This document shows positions 7,235 through 13,900 of a DNA stretch of 31,425 nt, piece after piece. The stretch is from positions 1-31,425 of IMG/VR virus record IMGVR_UViG_3300049142_000070. One strand, 5' to 3'. The DNA comes from a virus. Lineage: Duplodnaviria; Caudoviricetes. The position numbers were made by a program, and so were the translations under genes. The stretch's first letter is position 1. Every line of letters begins with the position of its first letter. The notes under the pieces were generated by a model. That model made no database searches. It saw only the letters and a program-made list of their open reading frames with translations, and was not told where the DNA came from.

Positions 7235-7405
7235 AGGTGCGGCCCCCCTCACCTGAGAGGGGGGCCGCTGCATGTGCCGGGACGCTGGCCATGGGCCCAC
7301 CATGTCAACGCCCCGACACGTCTATGAGGGGTGCGACTACTCCCCTTGCCTAACAGTCGCCTGGTCACACCGTTGTTCACTCGTTCGCGTGAACGTGCGT
7401 TCGAT
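7235..7405 (-). ncRNA. Candidate SOS-regulated structured small RNA (~170 nt)
   Basis: Promoter TGGCAT-18-TACTGT, LexA box at the start, three stems (G-U pairs favour the minus strand), a 12-bp terminal hairpin and no credible ORF. Confidence 0.45.
7239..7268. terminator. 12-bp GC hairpin, probable terminator
   Basis: GCGGCCCCCCTC-acctga-GAGGGGGGCCGC. Confidence 0.7.
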
Positions 7406-7441
7406 TCGAGGACAGTACCTGTCGCCCTGCGGCATATGCCA
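7389..7441 (-). promoter_or_regulatory. LexA (SOS) box at 7389-7404 next to a leftward promoter (-10 at 7417-7412, -35 at 7441-7436)
   Basis: GTGAAC-GTGC-GTTCGA compared with the actinobacterial consensus TCGAAC-N4-GTTCGA. Confidence 0.65.
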
Positions 7442-7555
7442 GCTCGTCGCAGGGCTGATCGATTTCCGGCAGCCTTACGGGGCTCGACGCCGTGGTCGTA
7501 AAAAGCGACCGTTTGGGCACTGCGCTGTGATCATCGCGGGCTGAGCGTGTGTCGA

Positions 7556-7795
7556 GTGCCCAACCGACGTACCCCGTACCCCGACTGGATCAACGATCGA
7601 AGGGCAGCTCTTGGCCGGCAGATCGAGGCTCATCGCCGCGGGGCGAACCTGTCCCAGGATGATCTCGCCGACGCCATCGGGATGGAGCGCCGCAGCATCC
7701 AGCGCTACGAGAGCGGTGAGCGCGATCCGCGCTTCGCCGATCTGCTGCTGATTGCCGACGCCCTCGACATCCACGTGCGTGACCTCCTCGGATAG
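7556..7795 (+). CDS. XRE-family HTH regulator
   Basis: LGRQIEAHRRGANLSQDDLADAIGMERRSIQRYESGERDPRFADLLLIADALDI. Confidence 0.9.
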   Translation: MPNRRTPYPDWINDRRAALGRQIEAHRRGANLSQDDLADAIGMERRSIQRYESGERDPRFADLLLIADALDIHVRDLLG

Positions 7796-8035
7796 CCGGA
7801 TCGGTACGCAGCCCACAGGCCGGACCGGATACGTGAGTGAACCACTCACTTCCAGTCAGCGGAAGCGGGTTGCGCGCAAATCCATGATCCGGTTGGGGGC
7901 CCGGAGTTCATCTGTGTACCCGCCGAAGCGGCTTACATGCGTACTCTGCCGTGCATATGCCGGTGATCGCTACCGGTGTGCGCTGCATATATGCGTGTGC
8001 CACAGACACACCGGGTGCGAACCGGTGACGTGCCG

Positions 8036-8197
8036 TCAACCAGTGGCCTGAGCTGCGGCATTGCCGTCGTTTGTCCACCTGTCGCGGGTGAACCAGTTGA
8101 AGTGCCCGCCCCTGTGGGCGGGCTTCGCCAGGCACCGGACGCCGTACTGCGGGTGGCGCTCCCAGCAGTGGCCTGGCATCTTGCAGTCGCCGCTCAC
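8036..8197 (-). CDS. Small Cys/His-rich protein (53 aa)
   Basis: MSGDCKMPGHCWERHPQYGVRCLAKPAHRGGHFNW; GTGA overlap with the upstream ORF. Confidence 0.6.
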   Translation of the reverse strand: MSGDCKMPGHCWERHPQYGVRCLAKPAHRGGHFNWFTRDRWTNDGNAAAQATG

Positions 8198-8403
8198 GCC
8201 CACGGGAACACCACCGGGGTCGTGGCCTGATCGGTGAGGCGGTACAGAGGCCGGACGCCCCTGGCCTTGGCGCACCCGTCGTGAGCAAAGAGCGAAGTGC
8301 CAGTCGCCGACCGGCGGACGTAGCAGTCGGCGCCAGTCTTGTCGCAGTACATGCAGGCCCGGAGCTCTTCGCGGGCGGGTGTGGCGTCACTAGACTCGGT
8401 CAC
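8194..8403 (-). CDS. Small zinc-finger-like protein
   Basis: RACMYCDK...LFAHDGCAKARGV (CxxC...HxxC); the start could be 8403 or 8430. Confidence 0.65.
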   Translation of the reverse strand: MTESSDATPAREELRACMYCDKTGADCYVRRSATGTSLFAHDGCAKARGVRPLYRLTDQATTPVVFPWA

Positions 8404-8479
8404 GGCGGTGCCCCCTACGGCGTCGTCCATGCCCCGGGCCGTTCACGCGGTCGCGGGGCTCTCTCTGTTCAGGCCAGAT

Positions 8480-8548
8480 TAGCGCGATAGGTGCGATAGG
8501 CGAGATAGGCGTACTCATCTCGCCCAGTACGCCTACCGCGCCTAGCGT
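8480..8548. promoter_or_regulatory. Probable GntR operator array and leaderless promoter
   Basis: TAGGYG at 9-bp period (8488, 8497, 8506), inverted CGCCTA copies (8530, 8539), and a -10 TAGCGT 7 nt before the GntR ATG. Confidence 0.6.
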
Positions 8549-8555
8549 CGAGATC

Positions 8556-8801
8556 ATGGACTGGCAGCCGGAGATCCCCAGGTGGCGGCAGGTGTACGCC
8601 CTACTGGAACAGCGCATCTATGACGGCATCTACCGGCCGGGCGAAAGGCTGCCGTCGGCTCTTGCTCTGGAGAAGGAGGTCGGCATCAGTCCGGTGACGG
8701 CGCGACGCGTCCTGAAGGAGCTGCGGGATGCCGGCCTCGCCTACATGGAGCCCGGGATTGGGACGTTCGTGTCCCGCCTGCCGGAGAAGCCGAAGGACTG
8801 A
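8556..8801 (+). CDS. GntR-family winged-HTH regulator (DNA-binding domain only)
   Basis: RWRQVYALLEQRIYDGIYRPGERLPS...GISPVTARRVLKELRDAGL...PGIGTFV. Confidence 0.92.
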   Translation: MDWQPEIPRWRQVYALLEQRIYDGIYRPGERLPSALALEKEVGISPVTARRVLKELRDAGLAYMEPGIGTFVSRLPEKPKD

Positions 8802-8816
8802 TCCGCTCCAGCTCTA

Positions 8817-8839
8817 TTGTCAGTGCCCCGCAGTAGCCT
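8817..8839 (+). promoter_or_regulatory. RecA-NDp (PafBC-type) DNA-damage promoter
   Basis: TTGTCAGTG-CCCCGCAG-TAGCCT is an exact match to tTGTCRgtg-N8-TAnnnT; the ATG follows 6 nt later. Confidence 0.75.
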
Positions 8840-8845
8840 TGATCC

Positions 8846-9025
8846 ATGCCTTCTACGCCTGCCGATCGCGGCTCCGCGCGCCCTGCCGCGGTGATCAATG
8901 AGGAGATCCGCACGCTCGTCGAGGCGGGCGGACCCGGGCCTGAGGAGTACCTGGAGCTGCTGGTTGAGTGGGCTACGGCTCAGCGCTCGGCGGGCCTGCG
9001 TGGGGACGTGACCGAGGCGGCTTAA
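8846..9025 (+). CDS. Small leaderless protein (59 aa), predicted damage-inducible
   Basis: MPSTPADRGSARPAAVINEEIRTLVEAGGPGPEEYLELLVEWATAQRSAGLRGDVTEAA; too short for the supplied ORF track. Confidence 0.7.
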   Translation: MPSTPADRGSARPAAVINEEIRTLVEAGGPGPEEYLELLVEWATAQRSAGLRGDVTEAA

Positions 9026-9036
9026 GATTCCGCCTC

Positions 9037-9312
9037 GTGGCTGAGACTGATTCCCCTGAGACCCCTGAGCAGGCGCGCGAGAAGGCGCGGCTGGCTGACC
9101 ATGCCCGGCTGGTGGAGCTGAAACGATCCGCCGAGCAGTCCCGCGCCGAGGTGCAGGCTGGCCCCTACGCCGAGGGCGCGTGGGATCCGTGGCGGAAGCT
9201 TGCCGAGGAGTACCAGGCGGCACTGACCGCGCACGTCAAGGAGTACGGCGGCAACAGGTACGAGGTGGAGAAGAGCGTCTGGGCGGCCCTCCGCGAGACC
9301 GAGTCCGCCTGA
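9037..9312 (+). CDS. Hypothetical helical protein (91 aa)
   Basis: MAETDSPETPEQ...WDPWRKLAEEYQAALTAH...NRYEVEKSV; high GC3. Confidence 0.7.
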   Translation: MAETDSPETPEQAREKARLADHARLVELKRSAEQSRAEVQAGPYAEGAWDPWRKLAEEYQAALTAHVKEYGGNRYEVEKSVWAALRETESA

Positions 9313-9313
9313 G

Positions 9314-9703
9314 CTACGGCCGCCATTCCTCGCGGTAGTCCGGGTGGTCGGCGTAAGGCAGGGCGAGGAGCTCCAGCGTGTCCTCGGCCGCGCTCAGCCC
9401 GCCGTAGTGGTCCACCTCAAAGTCGCCTTCTGCCGCGTCGAGCATGCTCGCCATAAGGCCCACGATCCGCCGCTTCGCCTCGATCTCGGCGAGGACGCGG
9501 GCCGGGTTGCAGCGGGCGATATGTTCGGTGGTGGCGCGAAGCTGGCGGCCACTCAAGGCGAAGCCGTCGGCCACAGTGATTCCGTCGCACGCCAATACCT
9601 CGTCTGACTCGGGGTCCGCGTGCCACGGGCCCGGACTGGCGACCTCCGCCAGCGCGGCTTCCTCGTCGTAACGCTCCCGCAGGAACTGCACGATCTCATC
9701 CAT
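9314..9703 (-). CDS. DUF6221 family protein
   Basis: FLRERYDEE...ASPGPW...HIARCNPARVLAEIEAKRRIV...LLALPYADHPDYREEWRP. Confidence 0.85.
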   Translation of the reverse strand: MDEIVQFLRERYDEEAALAEVASPGPWHADPESDEVLACDGITVADGFALSGRQLRATTEHIARCNPARVLAEIEAKRRIVGLMASMLDAAEGDFEVDHYGGLSAAEDTLELLALPYADHPDYREEWRP

Positions 9704-9712
9704 GGTCGTCTC

Positions 9713-9895
9713 CTACAGCGCGGACTGGAACGCGGACGCGGACGGCACGGTGTCGGCGGCCGTGGTGACGCGGGCGAGAGCCTGCGGGATGCGGCCGGCG
9801 TGCTGGGCTGCGGCCCGGTCGGCGAGCGGGATCCGGCGGGTGGCCTGCGGGGCGGCGGCGGGCTGTGCGGCGGCCGAGACGAGAGCGGTGGTCAT
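9713..9895 (-). CDS. Small Ala-rich leaderless protein (60 aa)
   Basis: ATG 5 nt after the -10 of a RecA-NDp promoter; ends SASAFQSAL. Confidence 0.6.
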   Translation of the reverse strand: MTTALVSAAAQPAAAPQATRRIPLADRAAAQHAGRIPQALARVTTAADTVPSASAFQSAL

Positions 9896-9900
9896 GGCTC

Positions 9901-9923
9901 AAGGTACCGGCGGCCGCCGACAA
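9901..9923 (-). promoter_or_regulatory. RecA-NDp (PafBC-type) promoter
   Basis: Minus strand TTGTCGGCG-GCCGCCGG-TACCTT-GAGCC-ATG. Confidence 0.7.
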
Positions 9924-9994
9924 CAACAGAGGCCCGCCGGTCGCTGCCCCGGCGGGCCTCCCGCAGCAAGCCCCGAATGCTCGGGGAATGTGAT
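9922..9994 (-). ncRNA. Candidate damage-inducible two-hairpin small RNA (~73 nt)
   Basis: Has its own promoter (10001-10023), hairpin CCCCGA-GCAT-TCGGGG, a 12-bp hairpin at 9929-9960 followed by TGTTGTT, and no ORF. Confidence 0.5.
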
Positions 9995-10000
9995 GCCGCA

Positions 10001-10023
10001 AGTGTACGGGCGGGCACTGACAA
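10001..10023 (-). promoter_or_regulatory. RecA-NDp (PafBC-type) promoter
   Basis: Minus strand TTGTCAGTG-CCCGCCCG-TACACT, an exact consensus match. Confidence 0.75.
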
Positions 10024-10066
10024 CGCTCCAGATGCTGGAGTCGTGACCGCACCGCACCCTGGAGGC

Positions 10067-10276
10067 ATGGCCAAGGTGATCGTCGTCTATCCGCCCGACG
10101 AGCAGGGCGCCCGCCGTGTGCGCATCGACGGGACGATCCTCGGCCGGGCCACCGACCTCGCGGACCTGGTGATCTGGTTGCGGCGGGCCGGGCTGGACGT
10201 CGACGACATGGACGTGGTCCGGTCGCCGCTCATCGAATGGCGCGGCGGCGGACCCGAGGCGTGGGAGGCGGGCTGA
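10067..10276 (+). CDS. Conserved Streptomyces-type hypothetical protein (69 aa)
   Basis: VIVVYPPDEQGARRVRIDGTILGRA...LRRAGL...IEWRGGGPEAW. Confidence 0.8.
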   Translation: MAKVIVVYPPDEQGARRVRIDGTILGRATDLADLVIWLRRAGLDVDDMDVVRSPLIEWRGGGPEAWEAG

Positions 10277-10307
10277 GGGGGCGATTCATTCGTGGGCCTT
10301 GTATCCG

Positions 10308-10916
10308 TCACTGCGCGACCTCTAGCGAAGCGTCGTAGGCTCGCAGCGCCTGAGAGATCGCTCCGACGCTGGGATTCTTGCCCTTGTTCGCACCGTCGGT
10401 GATGCGCAGGTGGGGCTGGATCTGCTTGAGGGTGAAGCCCTGGGCACGGAGGGCCACGGCCTGGATGACGAGCGGTTCGGTCATGACCGGGCGCCGACCG
10501 CCAACCCGGCCGCGCTTGCGGGCAGCCGCCAGCCCATCCTTGGTCTTCTTGACGATGTCGCGCCTCCGGTCCTCGGCGAGCGCGAGGGCCAGGTCGAGGA
10601 TGAGGGAGCGTTCCGTGTGTTCGCCGGCCGCGATGCCTTCCAGGACTTTGACGGCGATTCCGCGTTCGAAGAGGTCGTTGAGGACGATCAGCCCTTCGAG
10701 GAGGTTCCTGCCGAGGCGGTCGACTTCCTGGACGCACAGCATGTCGCCGTCGCGGACGTACTCGATGGCATCCATGAGGGCGGGGCGCTCTTCAGCCTCA
10801 AGCTTGCCGCTCAGTTTCTCCTCGAACACCTTGATGCAGATCGGATCCAGCGCGTCGTGCTGTCGGTCGACGTTCTGCTTGTCGGTGCTGACCCGGACGA
10901 GTCCAACCAGTGCCAC
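10308..10916 (-). CDS. Small serine recombinase (resolvase/invertase family)
   Basis: GLVRVSTDKQ (catalytic Ser), EEKLSG, RDGDMLCVQEVDRLGRNL, GLAAARKRGRVGGR and a C-terminal HTH. Confidence 0.93.
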   Translation of the reverse strand: MALVGLVRVSTDKQNVDRQHDALDPICIKVFEEKLSGKLEAEERPALMDAIEYVRDGDMLCVQEVDRLGRNLLEGLIVLNDLFERGIAVKVLEGIAAGEHTERSLILDLALALAEDRRRDIVKKTKDGLAAARKRGRVGGRRPVMTEPLVIQAVALRAQGFTLKQIQPHLRITDGANKGKNPSVGAISQALRAYDASLEVAQ

Positions 10917-10930
10917 TCAGCGTCTCCTTC

Positions 10931-11061
10931 GCTCATCAAACGCCTCGGCAGAGTATCTGAACGACGCGAGTAGATGAACGAGTTTATGAACAACTGCCTC
11001 TCGGTGAAGGCGATTCGAGTCTTGATCGTCTTCAGATTCACTGTTCGACCGTTTGCTGAAG
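10931..11061. promoter_or_regulatory. res-like multi-subsite recombinase binding region
   Basis: AT-richer; 12-mers GAGT-nnn-TGAAC at 10951, 10968 and 10980; related inverted pair CTTCAG...CTGAAG at 11030-11061. Confidence 0.65.
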
Positions 11062-11085
11062 GCCTTGCACCCGGGCACGACGAAA

Positions 11086-11107
11086 GCCCCCTCCCGAAGG
11101 AGGGGGC
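11086..11107 (-). terminator. Intrinsic terminator of the late operon
   Basis: Minus strand GCCCCCTCC-TTCG-GGAGGGGGC-TTTCGT, immediately after the last late gene. Confidence 0.8.
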
Positions 11108-11111
11108 GCGG

Positions 11112-11282
11112 CTACTCCGGGTCGGTCGCGGGCGGGATGTCGGGCTCCAGGAACAGGCCCTGGTACTCCGGGGGCGGGGGCTCCGGCTGCGGTTCGAGGA
11201 CGTCGATGTCGACGAGCGTGCCGGCGTCCGCCATGCCGGTGTCGGGCGGCGGGGGAAGCTGGCGGGGAGGACGGTTCGGCAT
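11112..11282 (-). CDS. Small Pro/acidic-rich protein (56 aa), last gene of the lysis cassette
   Basis: MPNRPPRQLPPPPDTGMADAGTLVDIDVLEPQPEPPPPEYQGLFLEPDIPPATDPE*; very high GC3 and the stop abuts the terminator. Confidence 0.65.
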   Translation of the reverse strand: MPNRPPRQLPPPPDTGMADAGTLVDIDVLEPQPEPPPPEYQGLFLEPDIPPATDPE

Positions 11283-11288
11283 CGGCGG

Positions 11289-11615
11289 TCACACTCCAGT
11301 TCGGTTGTACTCATCCACCAGAGGATGCGGCGGCTCAGGTGTGATCCCGGCCTGATCCATCTGTCTCGCCCACCGGTCGGCGGTCCAGGAGAACGCCCGC
11401 AGCAGCGACTCCAGGCGCGACTGCCGGTCCCGGAGCTTGCCGTTCTCGGCATCGACCCGGTTGACCGTTGCTTGCAGTACCGCCAGGTCTCCGGCCTTGG
11501 CCTGCGGTGCGGCCTGGATCGCCGCGGCCGTGCGGGTGCCCCGGTAGGTCAGCCAGCCCGTCGTCATCACACCGGCCAGCGTCAGCGCGGCCCCCGATAC
11601 GGTCACCCAGTCCAC
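11289..11615 (-). CDS. Lysis-cassette membrane protein (1 TM plus coiled coil)
   Basis: N-terminal TM followed by a coiled coil, ending PEPPHP; downstream of the holin. Confidence 0.75.
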   Translation of the reverse strand: MDWVTVSGAALTLAGVMTTGWLTYRGTRTAAAIQAAPQAKAGDLAVLQATVNRVDAENGKLRDRQSRLESLLRAFSWTADRWARQMDQAGITPEPPHPLVDEYNRTGV

Positions 11616-12037
11616 GCCGCACGCTCCTTACTGCGTCGCGCGTCGGGCGGGACGCGGGATGCGCACCAGATCACCCCGCAATGCGACGTCATGTACCACA
11701 GAAAGATCCACAGGCCGCGCTCGTAGCTCCCGATGAGGGCACCCCACAGGTAGGCGAATGCCCACAGGGCGGGCGGGATCGACGCGGCGAGGAATCCCCA
11801 CCGGTCGCGGCCGAACTTCAGCCAGGCGCAGGTGAAGGTGGCGGTCCCAGCGAAGATCCACACCCAGGCCCAGCAGTGGATCGGCGCGATCCCGGTCAGC
11901 AGTTGGAGGCCGCTCTCCGATGGGGTCTGCACGATCATGCCGACGCCCCAAGAGATTTTGCCGACGCCCATGAACGCCAGAAACGCGCCACGCTGACCGA
12001 GCTGCCGCCGCGCCCACCCCAGCAGACGGCAGTGCAC
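11603..12037 (-). CDS. Lysis-cassette membrane protein (~4 TM)
   Basis: LGQRGAFL motif and four hydrophobic Trp-rich segments. Confidence 0.75.
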   Translation of the reverse strand: MHCRLLGWARRQLGQRGAFLAFMGVGKISWGVGMIVQTPSESGLQLLTGIAPIHCWAWVWIFAGTATFTCAWLKFGRDRWGFLAASIPPALWAFAYLWGALIGSYERGLWIFLWYMTSHCGVIWCASRVPPDARRSKERAAWTG

Positions 12038-12400
12038 CTACACCGCCGTCGGACGTGACGCGGTGACGGCCACGGCTGGCGTCTTCGCGACGACCTGGGT
12101 GCGGACGAACATGGCGACCGCGACCTGCACGAAGGACAGGACGACTGCCTGCTGTTCGGCGGACCAGTGCAGTCCGAAGCCGACCGCGAGGGCGAGGGCG
12201 GCCTGAGCGAAGCCGTACATGGGGGCGGCGAGCGCGTCGTGCGCCATGACGGCGACGAGCAGCCCGACGGCCGCTGCCGCGACCGCGTTGAGGACGGATT
12301 GCTGGTCGGTGGACAGGTCGATACCGAACGCGGCGATCAGCTTGATGGCGACGGCGACGAACGCCAGGACTGCTGCCGGTTCTCTGCCGAAGATCTTCAT
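12038..12400 (-). CDS. Holin
   Basis: MKIFGREPAAVL..., an internally duplicated 4-TM protein directly after the endolysin. Confidence 0.8.
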   Translation of the reverse strand: MKIFGREPAAVLAFVAVAIKLIAAFGIDLSTDQQSVLNAVAAAAVGLLVAVMAHDALAAPMYGFAQAALALAVGFGLHWSAEQQAVVLSFVQVAVAMFVRTQVVAKTPAVAVTASRPTAV

Positions 12401-12409
12401 GGTGTGCTC

Positions 12410-13240
12410 CTAGCTTTCGAGGCGGCCGGCGATGTTCGCGGCGACGGCCGCGGCGATCGCATTGACGAGTGCCGGGTTCGCGGCGACCTTGTCGGCGATC
12501 GCCTGGATCTGCGCGTCGGTCAGGCCGGTCGAGGTGATGCCGTCGAGCTTCTTGCCGATGGCGTCGAGTCGCTGGTTCTGGCCGGCGTGGACGGAGTCCA
12601 TCCAGGTGATGGCGGCGCCGGTCCGCACGGGGTTGCCGGTGCCGGGCTTTTCGGTGTGGCTCCAGACCGCTGCGGCGATCTCTTCGGCGGTGGGCATGTC
12701 GTCCTCCTGTTGTCCGGTCGCCCGGGCGACGATGCCCGGGAAGACCACGTCGTTGAACTGCCGGACCCGGGCATCCCCGGGGCAGGCGGTGCCGCCGATC
12801 GACCAGTCGGCGTGCAGGCGGTGGTAGCCGTAGCCCGGGTCACTCGCTGTACGGCAGATCCGCAGCGGGATGTTGTGCTGCTGATGGAGCCATACGCCGA
12901 GCCGGATCAGCGTCTCGATCTGCGGATCGGTCCACGGGTCGGTGTGCTCCATGTTGGAGGCCGACTCCAGAGACACTGCCCCAGTGCCGTCGGGGCGCAG
13001 GTTGGCCCGGTAGTTCGCGTCGGCGCGGGTCTGGGTGCCGATGAACTGGCCGAGCGACCCGTCGTAGCCGAGCCCGAAATGGGACTCTAGATTCGTGGAG
13101 TCCCGCCAGTACTCGAAGATCCGCTGCACTGTCCACGGCGCGGCGATGCTGTGCGCGATGAACTGCGTGGGCACGATCGTGGGTTGTGCGTCGGACTCGG
13201 GTTGCAGCTCCATCTTGGCCGCTCCCGGATACCAGGCCAT
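12410..13240 (-). CDS. Endolysin, N-acetylmuramoyl-L-alanine amidase
   Basis: FIAHS, ESHFGLG, SLES, GYHR and TACPG zinc-amidase motifs. Confidence 0.9.
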   Translation of the reverse strand: MAWYPGAAKMELQPESDAQPTIVPTQFIAHSIAAPWTVQRIFEYWRDSTNLESHFGLGYDGSLGQFIGTQTRADANYRANLRPDGTGAVSLESASNMEHTDPWTDPQIETLIRLGVWLHQQHNIPLRICRTASDPGYGYHRLHADWSIGGTACPGDARVRQFNDVVFPGIVARATGQQEDDMPTAEEIAAAVWSHTEKPGTGNPVRTGAAITWMDSVHAGQNQRLDAIGKKLDGITSTGLTDAQIQAIADKVAANPALVNAIAAAVAANIAGRLES

Positions 13241-13300
13241 GGTGCCTCCAGGGCATGACGAAGGCCCCACGCGGGGGCGGTGGTTGAAGAAGTGTGCGAG

Positions 13301-13888
13301 TCAGGAAGCGCGGCCACGAACACCGTCAAGCTGCACGTAGGAGCTGTTCAGGATGGACTGGTTGACGCTGATAGAAACGTCCCCGCCGGGCTGTATAGCG
13401 ATTCGGCCTGTACCCAGTGCGCCGTTGGCCTGCGTATTGCACTGCCCACGGATCAGGTAGGTCGTCGAGAATCCGGCGGGCAAGGAGGCGAACTTCACCG
13501 CAGCGGCACCGCCGGTCAGGGCGACGCCGGTCATGATTCCCGAGAGTTCGAGGATCCCGTCGCTGGTGGCCCGCACGGACGGCACGCCGTCGGTGCTACT
13601 GCTGGTCCAGGCCCAGCTGCCGCTCATGACGAGGGGCGTCCACGGTCCGACCCAGGGGACCTGTATCCAGGCCGTGCCGTTGTAGACAGTCAGCTGGTTG
13701 ACGTCCTGCAACCATGCCGCCATGCCTTCGACCGGGCTCGCCAGGGCGGCATTGCGGGCCGTGGCCGAGGAGTACCGCAGGAGGGAGCGGGCGAGGACCG
13801 ATGTGATGGAGGCCGCAAGGGTCGCCACGTTCGGGGGGTCGGTCAGCGCCGGAATGGTGATGCTTTGGCTGTACTGGTCGGTGGCCAC
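13301..13888 (-). CDS. Minor tail protein
   Basis: SATARNAAL..PVEGMAAWLQDVNQLTVYNGTAW motif plus a beta-rich C-terminus. Confidence 0.75.
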   Translation of the reverse strand: MATDQYSQSITIPALTDPPNVATLAASITSVLARSLLRYSSATARNAALASPVEGMAAWLQDVNQLTVYNGTAWIQVPWVGPWTPLVMSGSWAWTSSSTDGVPSVRATSDGILELSGIMTGVALTGGAAAVKFASLPAGFSTTYLIRGQCNTQANGALGTGRIAIQPGGDVSISVNQSILNSSYVQLDGVRGRAS

Positions 13889-13900
13889 ACGGCCCCCTCT

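Noticed and set aside
6892-7270. tRNA-derived att core
   Set aside because: No T-arm or CCA pattern is visible; the core is a protein-coding fragment. No tRNA was seen elsewhere in the window.
7272-7544. 90-aa Cys-rich plus-strand ORF
   Set aside because: Poor codon bias and no RBS; it overlies the LexA box, promoter and RNA stems.
9960-9995. CRISPR array
   Set aside because: Only one repeat-like hairpin, with no spacers or cas genes; kept only as a solitary-repeat hypothesis.
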